DNA of 58,468 nt, taken from contig CABYXQ010000001.1 in assembly GCA_902522915.1 (NCBI GenBank), positions 1-58,468 of the forward strand. Reading direction: 5' to 3'. The notes below the pieces were generated by a model. It searched no databases. It was not told the origin of the DNA and saw only the letters and a list, made by a program, of their open reading frames with translations. The translations under genes were made by a program, and so were the position numbers. Shown one piece after another: positions 34,959 through 44,599 of the stretch; positions within the stretch are counted from its first letter, which is position 1; the number at the start of each line of letters is the position of its first letter. The stretch comes from an uncultured Pelagibacteraceae bacterium (GTDB taxonomy: Bacteria > Pseudomonadota > Alphaproteobacteria > Pelagibacterales > Pelagibacteraceae).

Positions 34959-35516
34959 TTAATATTCAACTTTCAAAGTATCAAGAATATTTAAGTCTTT
35001 ATCTGCAAAAATTATCTCTCCAGATTTTGGGGCATAATTTAATATTTCAGAAATAAATACATAATGAGTAACAAATATCAAATTTTCTTTTTTATCCCAA
35101 TTTTTTATAAAACTCTGAAATTCTTTAACTTGTTTTTTTCTATTTTTTGCAAATTGTGAACTATAAAAAGAATTTAAAAATTTTTTAGTTTCAAATTTAT
35201 TAAAAGCAATTGAGGCAGTTTCTTTACATCTACACCATTCACTTGAATAAACATTTTTAATATTAATATTATATTTTGAAAAAAAATTTCCAATAATTTT
35301 AGATTGATTTCTTCCGCTATTACTTAAATTTCTTTGTGTAGAACAATCGTTCAAATTGAAATTATTTGGATCCCCACTTCCAGGTGCATAGGCGTGTCTT
35401 ATAAATATTAATTTACCACCTTGTTCTAATGTTTTTATTAAATTTTGATTTAAATCTGCTTTGACACTACAGGTTAAAAATATAAAACTGGTTAATATAA
35501 TTTTTAAAATTTTCAT
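34959..35516 (-). CDS. Exported histidine phosphatase (phosphoglycerate mutase-like) family protein
   Basis: Signal-peptide-like N-terminus; LIFIRHA, RNLS..GR.Q, YSSEWCRCKETA, FVTH motifs. Confidence 0.82.
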   Translation of the reverse strand: MKILKIILTSFIFLTCSVKADLNQNLIKTLEQGGKLIFIRHAYAPGSGDPNNFNLNDCSTQRNLSNSGRNQSKIIGNFFSKYNINIKNVYSSEWCRCKETASIAFNKFETKKFLNSFYSSQFAKNRKKQVKEFQSFIKNWDKKENLIFVTHYVFISEILNYAPKSGEIIFADKDLNILDTLKVEY

Positions 35517-35518
35517 AT

Positions 35519-36199
35519 ATGGATATTAAATTAAACAATTTAAATAAGACAATTATTAACTGTAAAAAATGTCCTAGATTAGTTAAATTTGTTAAAAAAG
35601 TAAGTACTATTAAAAGAAAACAAAATATAAATGAAAAATATTGGGGCAAGCCTGTTCCTGGTTTTGGTAATTTAGATTCAAAATTAGCAATTATTGGTTT
35701 GGCACCTGCGGCTCATGGTGGAACTAGAACTGGACGTGCATTTACAGGTGACAAGTCAGGAGATTTTTTATTTAAATGTTTATATGAAGCAGGTATTTCA
35801 AATCATACTTTTTCAAGTAATTTAAATGACAATCTTAGATTAAAATCAACCTATATTACAAATTTTCTTAAATGCGTTCCTCCTGAAGATAAACCTCTCA
35901 GTAATGAATTAGCAAATTGCTCAAAATATTTTAATCAAGAAATGCTTTTCTTAGATAAATTAAAAGTAATAGTAACTTTAGGTAAAGTAGCTTTTGATAA
36001 CTGCGTAAAAATTTTTAAAAATAAATTTGAGATTGATAAAAAATTTTACTTCAAACATGGCTCTATCCAATATTTATCTGAAAATATTATAATTGTCCCA
36101 AGTTATCATCCGAGCCCTAGAAATGTTAATACAAAGTTACTCTCAGAGAAAATGATGATTAAATTATTTGTTAAAGCAAAAAAACTAGCTAAAATTTAG
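35519..36199 (+). CDS. Uracil-DNA glycosylase, Fe-S type (family 5 / UdgB-like)
   Basis: CKKCPRL, GLAPAAHGGTRTGRAFTGD, KCVPP.DKP, SYHPSPRN. Confidence 0.9.
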   Translation: MDIKLNNLNKTIINCKKCPRLVKFVKKVSTIKRKQNINEKYWGKPVPGFGNLDSKLAIIGLAPAAHGGTRTGRAFTGDKSGDFLFKCLYEAGISNHTFSSNLNDNLRLKSTYITNFLKCVPPEDKPLSNELANCSKYFNQEMLFLDKLKVIVTLGKVAFDNCVKIFKNKFEIDKKFYFKHGSIQYLSENIIIVPSYHPSPRNVNTKLLSEKMMIKLFVKAKKLAKI

Positions 36200-36609
36200 T
36201 CTTTAGCTAAATAAGGTTTAAGATCTATTAAAATTTTTTCTGGTATTTTTACTGGTTTGTTTTTTTCATTAACAAAAACTAAATGAACTTTTGCAGTTAC
36301 AATAATATCGTCATACCTAGTAATAACCTGATCCATCCTAAACGATGCTTTGTTAAAAGATGTTATATATGAACTTATGTTTAACTGGTCCTCTAAATAT
36401 GAAGATTTGATAAAATTTATATTGCATGATTTAACAATAATTAAGGCGCCAAAATCTTTTTTAATTTTTAAATTACTTAATCCAATATCTAATAGTGCCT
36501 CTGAACGAGCCCTCTCTATAAATTTTAAATAATTTGCATAATAAACAACTCCACCGGCATCCGTATCTTCATAATAAACTTTAATTTTGTGATTAAATTT
36601 TTTTGGCAT
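36196..36609 (-). CDS. YbgC/FadM-family acyl-CoA thioesterase
   Basis: VYYEDTDAGGVVYYANYLKFIERARSE hot-dog fold signature. Confidence 0.88.
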   Translation of the reverse strand: MPKKFNHKIKVYYEDTDAGGVVYYANYLKFIERARSEALLDIGLSNLKIKKDFGALIIVKSCNINFIKSSYLEDQLNISSYITSFNKASFRMDQVITRYDDIIVTAKVHLVFVNEKNKPVKIPEKILIDLKPYLAKD

Positions 36610-37260
36610 TTAATTAGCTGAAAAATAAATATTTTGAAAATAAGCGACAGACTTCATCTTTGAATTATCAGTATCTGCCATAATAGCAAGACCATCTAAT
36701 TCATTTACATTCAAATTATGAAACCTTTTGAAATCTTCTTTAACATTAGCTTTTACCGTAATCCATTTATTCAGACTATCTTTAGTTGAAGCTAAAACGT
36801 TATCTATTGATTTTTTTGTATAAGGACTTGGTCTATTTTCTCCCACCAAACTATTGCTTGAAAATACATAATTAATAGCCCTATTTGACAAAGGTGTAGC
36901 CCCAGTTTTTTTAATTGCGAATACGCGAGCTGCATAATCATGGCCTTTTTTAGTATTCTCTTTAATACCCTTTAAATCCTTCTCAACTTTCCAAGTTATA
37001 TTGATGAAAGGAGTTTTATTTAGATTAATTTTTATTTCTTTTCCTAATCCTGAAGCAGCGTTATTAGCCACAGCCTTCAAATAGTTACCATTTTCGTTAG
37101 AATTTACTGAATATACTGTTTTATTATCAGCTCCTCTAACCTTTCTAACTTTTAATTCTAAGAGTTCTTTTTCAGTAAACTCAAAAATTAAAATTTTGTC
37201 TGCGTGGGCAAAGTTAAAAGTAATAAGAATTACTGTTAAGAAAGATATAATTTTAAGCAT
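36610..37260 (-). CDS. DUF3047-family exported protein (likely start MLKIISF at 37260)
   Basis: Signal peptide; TPFINITWKV, DYAARVF, AINYVFSS, IMADTDNS pattern. Confidence 0.7.
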   Translation of the reverse strand: MLKIISFLTVILITFNFAHADKILIFEFTEKELLELKVRKVRGADNKTVYSVNSNENGNYLKAVANNAASGLGKEIKINLNKTPFINITWKVEKDLKGIKENTKKGHDYAARVFAIKKTGATPLSNRAINYVFSSNSLVGENRPSPYTKKSIDNVLASTKDSLNKWITVKANVKEDFKRFHNLNVNELDGLAIMADTDNSKMKSVAYFQNIYFSAN

Positions 37261-37349
37261 GATCCTTTTATAATTAATTTTATTTGAAATACAATATTCA
37301 GTCACATTTTAAACATTCTTAATACAAAATTAACCTTTATATCAAACCT

Positions 37350-37472
37350 ATGAAAATAATTTCTGTATTTTTCATTCTTATCTACTGGTCAATTATGATC
37401 TCAGCACCTGTAATGGGTAAAAATTCAATTAAAAATCAAAATAAAGATTTAAAGGTAGTTTCAAAATTTTAA
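37350..37472 (+). CDS. Very small hypothetical peptide (40 aa), signal-peptide-like
   Basis: Hand translation MKIISVFFILIYWSIMISAPVMGKNSIKNQNKDLKVVSKF; its stop abuts the convergent SDR stop exactly. Confidence 0.4.
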   Translation: MKIISVFFILIYWSIMISAPVMGKNSIKNQNKDLKVVSKF

Positions 37473-38219
37473 TTAGTAGGTAGATCTACCACCGCTAATA
37501 TCAAATACAGCTGCTGTAGAAAAAGTATTCTCCTCTGAAGAAAGCCAACAAACCAGTGAGGTAAACTCATGAATTTCAAGAAATCTTCCTCTTGGAACCT
37601 TTGACAGCATTCTTTGAACATGTTCTTTGCTCATTTGATCTAGTATTCTGGTTTTAGCACCCGCAGGTGTTACTGCATTTACTGCAATATCTTTATCTGC
37701 TAATTCTTTACCTAAAGACTTAGTAAGTCCAATGGTTCCTGCTTTTCCAGAGCTATATGCGCTTGCGTTAGCATTTCCATCTTTTCCAGCAACAGAAGCA
37801 ACATTAACTATTCTTCCATAGTTATTTTTAATCATATTTGGTACAATTGCTCGACAACAGTTAAAAGTACCAATTAAATTAATCTGTACTATTTTATTCC
37901 ACATTTCTAGATCATATTCCCAAAGAGGTGCGGTTGGACCGGTAATTCCAGCATTATTAATTAAAATATCAATATTATTATTTGAGGTTATTTTAGAAAC
38001 AATTTTTTCTACATTCTCATAATTTGAAACATCTACCAAATTGTAAAATAAGTTAGGATTATTAGCTTCATCTACTACAGATCTAATAAGTGTTTCATCA
38101 ATATCCCATATAAAAACTTTAGCTCCTGAATCTAAAAATCTTTTAGCTATATCTAATCCAAAACCTTGTGCTCCACCTGTAATAACAGCTGTTCTATTTT
38201 TAAAGTCAAATTTATTCAT
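37473..38219 (-). CDS. Short-chain dehydrogenase/reductase (likely start MNKFDF at 38219)
   Basis: TGGAQGFG, NNAG, YSSGK catalytic motif, C-terminal FDISGGRSTY. Confidence 0.9.
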   Translation of the reverse strand: MNKFDFKNRTAVITGGAQGFGLDIAKRFLDSGAKVFIWDIDETLIRSVVDEANNPNLFYNLVDVSNYENVEKIVSKITSNNNIDILINNAGITGPTAPLWEYDLEMWNKIVQINLIGTFNCCRAIVPNMIKNNYGRIVNVASVAGKDGNANASAYSSGKAGTIGLTKSLGKELADKDIAVNAVTPAGAKTRILDQMSKEHVQRMLSKVPRGRFLEIHEFTSLVCWLSSEENTFSTAAVFDISGGRSTY

Positions 38220-38224
38220 CAAAA

Positions 38225-39682
38225 CTATTTTTTTGCTAGCAAATAATAAGTAATTGCAGAAATAAAGGCACCAATAATCCAAGCATAAGATTGCAAGAAC
38301 ATTAAATTTAAATTCCAGATTGTAGAAGCAGAAAAAATAAATCCTAAAATTATTGAATATATTCCTTTAATGTGCCAACCATTTGAAAAATAATAAACAC
38401 TATCTTTCTCTATTGAATAAATATCTTTATTGCTCAAATTATTTTCTTTTATTGCATAATAATCTACAATCATTACACCAAATATTGGCCCAAAAAACGC
38501 CCCAAACGTATCAATAAATGATAAAATTCCAATTTGACTTAATACGGTAAGCCAAAAAATTGAAATTAAAAAGCCAATTATAGCAATTATATAACTAACG
38601 CTTTTTAAAGATAATTTACTTGGTATAAAATTAATCAATGAGTACTGAGATGGTATAAAATTAGCAACAAGATTAGTTGATAAAGAAGAAACAATTATGA
38701 AAAAAAGAACTACCACAGTTATCTGAAGATTATCAAATTTAGCAATAATATCATTTGGACTTGTGAATATTCTATCTATATCAGTATACTTTAGATTTAA
38801 AAAAGCGTCAGCACCTGCAACAATAAATACAGCAAAAAATGAAAATATTATTAAATTTAAAATTAAACTCAAATTACCTTTTTTTAACTGATTTTCATCT
38901 TTTACATACCTAGAAAAATCACCAAAACTTAAAATAATAATTGAGAAGTACGAAAATATTGTCACTGCAACAGTTAATAATGGAGCTAAATTTTCAATAT
39001 CAAGAAAATTTGCAAAGTTTAAAGCATCAAAAAATGATTCAGATGTAAATTTTACATCACTTAAAAAAATGCAAAAGAAAAATAAAATCATTCCACAATA
39101 AACAGTGATTGCTGAGAAATTAATTAATTTTTTATTAAATTGAATTCCTATACTAAACATTGAAACCTGAAAAAAAATTACAACAAATAAAGAAAACCAA
39201 TCAATAACGTTTAACCCTAATAAAAATGTAAGGAAAATTTCTTGATCTAAAATTGAATTATCAAATGAAAAAAATATAATCCGTATCAAATATCCTATAG
39301 ATTTTGCTAAAAAATAAGTTTGGATACCAAACATAAATATTCCAACTAAACTTCTTAATAATCCAAAAAATTTAGCACCTTTAAAACCAAGTGACGTTCT
39401 TAAAAGCACTGCAAAGGGCAAACCATATTTTTGAGAAGGTTTTCCAATTAAATTTGAAAATAAGTAAACAAATAATGAACCTAAAATAGTTCCAAAAAAA
39501 ACAACGAATGAATTTAAATCATAAACAACATATAAAGAGGCAATTAGAGAAAATGCAATTATGCTCTGAATATTTACACCCCAATAACAAAAAAGATCTT
39601 TCCAATTCCAAGTTTTATAATTTGGATTTACTGTAACAAGATCCCAATTAGAGAGAGAATATTTTACTTTTGGTTGATTCAC
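38225..39682 (-). CDS. NCS1-family (nucleobase:cation symporter-1) permease
   Basis: Polytopic membrane protein with G.PS.KYGLPF.VLLR.SLG..GA, DFSRY, GPIFGVMIVDYY motifs. Confidence 0.85.
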   Translation of the reverse strand: MNQPKVKYSLSNWDLVTVNPNYKTWNWKDLFCYWGVNIQSIIAFSLIASLYVVYDLNSFVVFFGTILGSLFVYLFSNLIGKPSQKYGLPFAVLLRTSLGFKGAKFFGLLRSLVGIFMFGIQTYFLAKSIGYLIRIIFFSFDNSILDQEIFLTFLLGLNVIDWFSLFVVIFFQVSMFSIGIQFNKKLINFSAITVYCGMILFFFCIFLSDVKFTSESFFDALNFANFLDIENLAPLLTVAVTIFSYFSIIILSFGDFSRYVKDENQLKKGNLSLILNLIIFSFFAVFIVAGADAFLNLKYTDIDRIFTSPNDIIAKFDNLQITVVVLFFIIVSSLSTNLVANFIPSQYSLINFIPSKLSLKSVSYIIAIIGFLISIFWLTVLSQIGILSFIDTFGAFFGPIFGVMIVDYYAIKENNLSNKDIYSIEKDSVYYFSNGWHIKGIYSIILGFIFSASTIWNLNLMFLQSYAWIIGAFISAITYYLLAKK

Positions 39683-39708
39683 TAAAATTTATATTAAACT
39701 AAAAATTT

Positions 39709-41043
39709 CTACTGTCCATATAGATAGGTTGGAAGCCATAAAGCAATTTTTGGAAAGGTTATTATTAAAATTAGCCCAATAACCTGGATAACCATAAATT
39801 GCATCATTCCATAATAGATGTCCTTAAGGTCCCATTCAGGAACAACGCCCTTTAAAAAATATGCAGATAATGCGACTGGAGGTGAAAGCCAGGCGGTCTG
39901 AAGATTTACAGCAACTAAAATTGCAAACCACGTCAAATTAAATTCTAAAGCCTCAACTAATGGTAAGATTATTGGAACAATTATCATTACTATAGGAACC
40001 CACTCTAAAGGCCAACCCAAAAGAAATATCATTGCCATTATAATCGCTAAAATTAGATATTTATTCATTTCTAAATTTAATAAAAAGTCAGTTAATAACA
40101 TTGGAGTTCCAAGCCTTGAAAAAACAGCTCCAAAGAAATTAGATGCAGCAACTAAAACCATTATCAGTGCAGAAATTTCTAAAGTTTTTACTAAAGCATC
40201 TTGTAGTTTTTTAAGAGTTAATTTTTTATATCCTAAAGCTAAAAGTAATGAACCCATAGCACCACAACCAGCAGCTTCTGTAGGTGTAGCAAAACCAAAT
40301 AAAATACTACCAAGGGCTGCAAATACTAGTAATGCAGGTGGAACTAATCCAATAAAAAATTCTTTCCAAACTGCAATCATGCTTGTGGCTCTTAATTCAG
40401 GAGGTAATACTGGACCAAGACTGGGATTCATCCAACATCTTATTGTAACGTATCCTGCATAAAGTGATGCTAGTAAAATTCCTGGTATAATAGCGGCTGC
40501 AAATAAATCAGTAACTGGAATTTCCATGATAGGCCCCATTACAACAAGCATAATACTTGGAGGAATTAAAATTCCCAATGTTCCACCTGCAGTGATTGTT
40601 CCTGCAGCTAACCTAACATTGTAACCAGATTTATTCATAGATTTTGCTGCCATTATTCCCAAGATCGTTACCGATGCACCAACAATTCCAGTGGCCGCAG
40701 CAAAAACTACAGAAACAAATAATACTGCATAATACAAAGATCCTTTGACTTTAGCTAACATTAATTGGAAAGCTGAAAATAACCGTTCCATCAAACCTGC
40801 TTGTTCCATCATTATTCCCATAAAGACAAAGAGTGGGACGGCTGCTAAAGTTTGTTCTGTCATGACCATTGAGAACTGCAGTGTCATTAAATAAAAAACA
40901 AGTTTACCAAATCCTAAATATCCAAATACAAAACCCAAAAAAATTAATGTAAATGATATTGGAAAACCAACAAATATAGAGAAAAGCATCACACCAATTA
41001 GAATAAAACCTAGTATTGCTGGATCTATAAATTCTGCTAACAC
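39709..41043 (-). CDS. dctM: TRAP transporter large permease (likely GTG start at 41043)
   Basis: AVPLFVFMG, AATGIVGASV, GGTLGILIPPSI, ATPTEAA, NLQTAWLSPP. Confidence 0.93.
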   Translation of the reverse strand: MLAEFIDPAILGFILIGVMLFSIFVGFPISFTLIFLGFVFGYLGFGKLVFYLMTLQFSMVMTEQTLAAVPLFVFMGIMMEQAGLMERLFSAFQLMLAKVKGSLYYAVLFVSVVFAAATGIVGASVTILGIMAAKSMNKSGYNVRLAAGTITAGGTLGILIPPSIMLVVMGPIMEIPVTDLFAAAIIPGILLASLYAGYVTIRCWMNPSLGPVLPPELRATSMIAVWKEFFIGLVPPALLVFAALGSILFGFATPTEAAGCGAMGSLLLALGYKKLTLKKLQDALVKTLEISALIMVLVAASNFFGAVFSRLGTPMLLTDFLLNLEMNKYLILAIIMAMIFLLGWPLEWVPIVMIIVPIILPLVEALEFNLTWFAILVAVNLQTAWLSPPVALSAYFLKGVVPEWDLKDIYYGMMQFMVIQVIGLILIITFPKIALWLPTYLYGQ

Positions 41044-41657
41044 TATTCTTCTTCTCCAGGCCATTGACCTTTAGTTGAGGCCCAATAACTTTTTAATAAT
41101 TCTGATACACCTTGTATTAATAAAAATATTATTCCTATTAACAAGCAGGATTTAATTGGCCACATGTATGGCATCCAAGTAGTATCCATTCCTCTCTCAC
41201 CTCTCATTATTGACTCCTGAACAAAACCTAATGTCATATAAAAGAATACAATTAATCCTGGAAAGTAAAATACAAGGTATAACCAAAAATCAATTAAGCC
41301 CTGTGTTTTTATTTTAAAATTTCTATATAAAAAATCTGCTCGAATATGAACACCCTTTGATAGAGCATATCCTGCTCCTAACATGAACAAAGCTCCATAT
41401 AAAAATCTACTTATATCGTATGCCCAAATTGTTGGAGCAAGAAATAATTTTCTTGCAAAAACCTCATAAACCATTCCTAAAATTAATGGTATCGTGATCC
41501 AGCAAACTATATTTCCAACCCATTTACTAAATAAATCAATTTTTGTAATTATTGATGCCATCCAGATAGGCATATCATTTGGCATTTTTCCTGAACCACC
41601 TCGCCTTTCGGCAATCATCTCGTCTGAAATATCTAATTTAGTTGGTTCGTTCGACAT
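41043..41657 (-). CDS. dctQ: TRAP transporter small permease
   Basis: Four TM helices, YEVFARK, GYALSKGVHIRADF; between dctP and dctM. Confidence 0.92.
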   Translation of the reverse strand: MSNEPTKLDISDEMIAERRGGSGKMPNDMPIWMASIITKIDLFSKWVGNIVCWITIPLILGMVYEVFARKLFLAPTIWAYDISRFLYGALFMLGAGYALSKGVHIRADFLYRNFKIKTQGLIDFWLYLVFYFPGLIVFFYMTLGFVQESIMRGERGMDTTWMPYMWPIKSCLLIGIIFLLIQGVSELLKSYWASTKGQWPGEEE

Positions 41658-41669
41658 ATAAAATCTCTT

Positions 41670-41708
41670 AAAAAAAAACTAAAGCGACCTATATAGATCG
41701 CTTTAGTT
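41670..41708 (-). terminator. Hairpin plus U-tract after dctP (intrinsic terminator or mRNA-stabilising stem)
   Basis: Minus strand AACTAAAGCGATCT-ATAT-AGGTCGCTTTAGTT followed by a T run. Confidence 0.8.
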
Positions 41709-41732
41709 ATTATAATATTTAATATCTAAATA

Positions 41733-42827
41733 CTACTTTAATGTTGCTGCGTGAGCCATTCCTAGCTGCGCATTAGACATTTGAGCCCCTGACCAGTAAG
41801 GAACTGCTGTATCAGCAAATTTTTTCTGAGAGTCCCATACTTTTTTAAAGAATGCATTTTTCTCTGCATTTTTATTTAAAGTAGCATTAGCTGCAGCCAT
41901 ATACTCAACAAAGTAATCTTTAGGAGTATCATGAAGTTGAACACCATGTTTTGTAGTTAGTTCATGCAACGCTTCACCATTTACAAGAATTCTTCTTGCT
42001 AATGATTTCATTAATGATGCATCAGCTGCAACCTTTATTGAGTTTTTTTCATGATCTGAAAATTTCTCATAAGTAGTTCCAGTAATGTAAAAGTCTGCAT
42101 TTACAACAACTTGGTGTAAACCTTGTAAGTAGTAATGTTTTAGAACTTTTTGGAAACCAAATACCATGTCTGGTTTTGGACAACACCATTCAGCAGCATC
42201 AATAGTACCTGCCTCAAGAGCTGGAAGAATATCTCCACCACCCATAGCTACAGATGCAATACCAATGTCTTTGTAAGTTTGTCCTGGAATTCCCGGAGGA
42301 GTTCTGAATTTTAATTTTCTGAAATCATCCATATTTTTGATTGGCTCTGGAAACCATCCTAAAGCTTCTGGTCCAACAGGTTGAAGCATAAAGCCTTTGA
42401 TGTTTCTATTCATCTCTTTCCAAAGTTGATCATAAAGTTGTTCACCACCACCAGATAAGAACCAAGATAAGAAAGCGATATTATCAATACCAACTCCTGC
42501 ACCAGCTACTGGAGATCCAAACAACATAGCTGCTGGATGTTCACCTGACCAATAATGAGTCCACGCGAAACCGCAATCTATAAGACCTTTATCAACTGCA
42601 TCTAAAGTTTCTTTAACACCAACAACAGATCCTGCTGGCATAATTTCAAACTTAAGAGAGCCTTGGGTTAATTTAGTTACTGTATCAGTAAAGTTTTTAA
42701 GCATAACGACTTCATCGCCTTTAGCATTTAAAACTGTCTGACATTTTAGTGTTTTTGCAGCGTTTGCATTTGAAATAAATCCAAATATTAAAGTTGCAGC
42801 AAATAACATTGAAATGATTTTTTTCAT
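41733..42827 (-). CDS. dctP: TRAP transporter substrate-binding protein (TakP-like subfamily)
   Basis: Signal peptide; PAGSVVG..E.LDAV..G, YWSG, GWF, KFRTPPG, GGDILPALE.GTIDAAEW. Confidence 0.92.
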   Translation of the reverse strand: MKKIISMLFAATLIFGFISNANAAKTLKCQTVLNAKGDEVVMLKNFTDTVTKLTQGSLKFEIMPAGSVVGVKETLDAVDKGLIDCGFAWTHYWSGEHPAAMLFGSPVAGAGVGIDNIAFLSWFLSGGGEQLYDQLWKEMNRNIKGFMLQPVGPEALGWFPEPIKNMDDFRKLKFRTPPGIPGQTYKDIGIASVAMGGGDILPALEAGTIDAAEWCCPKPDMVFGFQKVLKHYYLQGLHQVVVNADFYITGTTYEKFSDHEKNSIKVAADASLMKSLARRILVNGEALHELTTKHGVQLHDTPKDYFVEYMAAANATLNKNAEKNAFFKKVWDSQKKFADTAVPYWSGAQMSNAQLGMAHAATLK

Positions 42828-43003
42828 TTATTTCCCTCTCGTTGTTTTTTATAAAAAAATGAGCTTCTCAAATATTAAAAATTAAAACAAGGATTAATAT
42901 CAAATATATTTGATTAATTTGCATGTTGTTCATTATAGGTTTTTAAGTATAAGTTGGTAAAACTGGAATTTTACCTTTTAATCCTTATAAAGTGTTTAAA
43001 ATA

Positions 43004-44599
43004 ATGGAAAATTTTGACTATATAATTATTGGTGCTGGATCTGCTGGATGTGTGTTGGCTAATAGGCTGTCAGCTGATCCAAATAATAAAGTTTTACTAT
43101 TAGAGGCTGGTGGTAAAGATACAAATCCTTGGATTCATATACCTGGCGGTTATTTTAAGACAATGCACAATCCAGAAACTGACTGGTGTTTTAATACTGA
43201 AAAAGAACCTAATTGTGATAATAGAAAAATGGTTTATCCAAGAGGTAAAACATTAGGTGGAAGTTCATCTATAAATGGAATGCTTTATATAAGAGGACAA
43301 TCAAATGATTATAATTACTGGAGACAACTAGGAAATATTGGCTGGTCTTGGGAAGATGTTTTGCCATATTTTAAAAAATCTGAAGATTTTCAATTTGGTG
43401 AAAATGAATATCATGGGGCTGGTGGTCCTATTAAAGTTGAAAAGATCAGAGCTACTTTTAAAGTTTTAGATTTATTTCTAAAAGCAGCGGACGAATTTGG
43501 TTATAGAAAAACTGAAGATTTTAACAATGGTGATAATGAAGGAATGGGATATTTTCCTTTTACAATTAAAAATGGATTTAGATGTAGTACAGCTGTTGGA
43601 TATTTAAATCCAGTAAAGAAAAGATCTAATTTAAAAATTGTTACTAAAGCACATATTAAAAATATAGAATTTGAAAATAAAACTGCAAAAAAAGTAAATT
43701 ATTGGACTGGTGAAAAATTAAACTCAGTTTCAACAAATAAGGAAATTATATTAAGCGCAGGTACAATTGGATCACCTCACATATTGCAAGCATCAGGTGT
43801 TGGGCCTGTAAAACTTTTAAAAGATAATGGTGTTAATATTGTAAAAGAACATAGTGGAATTGGACAAAATTTGGTTGATCATTTAATGTTAAGGCCAGTT
43901 TATAAAGTAAAAAATTTAGAAACACTAAATGATATTTATTATAGTTTTACAAAAAAAATTATAAGTGGTCTTAAGTTTTTAATAACCAGAAGTGGTCCAT
44001 TAACTGTTGGTGCAAGTTATGTTTGTGGATTTGTTAAAAGTGATGAACATTTAGAAACTCCTAATCTTCAATTTCATGTATCGCCTGCAAGTACAGATTA
44101 TCTTGGAAAATCTGCTTTACATAAATTTCCAGCATTTACACCAACAATTACAAATGTAAGACCAACAAGTCGAGGCTCAATTGAGTTAAAATCTTCAGAT
44201 ACAAGAATTCCTCCAAAAATAAAAATGAACTATCTATCTACCGAAGAAGATAGACAGATTGCTGGAAAATCCTTAAAGATTGTCAGAAAAATTGTAATGG
44301 AGTCTGAAGCTTATAAAGATTACCAACCTGAAGAATTAAGACCAGGAATTAATATTACTGATAATGAGCAATTGGCGATAGAAGCGGGAAAATTTGCTAA
44401 TACAATTTTTCACCCTGTTAGCACATGCAGAATGGGCAACGATGAAAAAGCAGTTGTATCTGACAAATTAAAAGTTCATGGGTTAGAAAATTTAAGAATT
44501 GTTGATGCTTCAGTTATGCCGTATATTACATCGGGAAATACTAATGCTCCAACTATAATGATTGCTGAAAAAGGGGCCGACCTAATACTTAAAAAATAA
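43004..44599 (+). CDS. GMC-family FAD oxidoreductase; candidate isethionate dehydrogenase (IseJ-like)
   Basis: GAGSAGCVLANRL, PRGKTLGGSSSINGMLYIRG, FHPVSTCRMG, SGNTNAPTIMIAEK; substrate inferred from context only. Confidence 0.85.
   Translation: MENFDYIIIGAGSAGCVLANRLSADPNNKVLLLEAGGKDTNPWIHIPGGYFKTMHNPETDWCFNTEKEPNCDNRKMVYPRGKTLGGSSSINGMLYIRGQSNDYNYWRQLGNIGWSWEDVLPYFKKSEDFQFGENEYHGAGGPIKVEKIRATFKVLDLFLKAADEFGYRKTEDFNNGDNEGMGYFPFTIKNGFRCSTAVGYLNPVKKRSNLKIVTKAHIKNIEFENKTAKKVNYWTGEKLNSVSTNKEIILSAGTIGSPHILQASGVGPVKLLKDNGVNIVKEHSGIGQNLVDHLMLRPVYKVKNLETLNDIYYSFTKKIISGLKFLITRSGPLTVGASYVCGFVKSDEHLETPNLQFHVSPASTDYLGKSALHKFPAFTPTITNVRPTSRGSIELKSSDTRIPPKIKMNYLSTEEDRQIAGKSLKIVRKIVMESEAYKDYQPEELRPGINITDNEQLAIEAGKFANTIFHPVSTCRMGNDEKAVVSDKLKVHGLENLRIVDASVMPYITSGNTNAPTIMIAEKGADLILKK

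Noticed and set aside
43004-44599. Confident betA (choline dehydrogenase) call
   Set aside because: Only family-level GMC motifs are visible; no betB, betI or betT nearby, and the context is sulfonate-related
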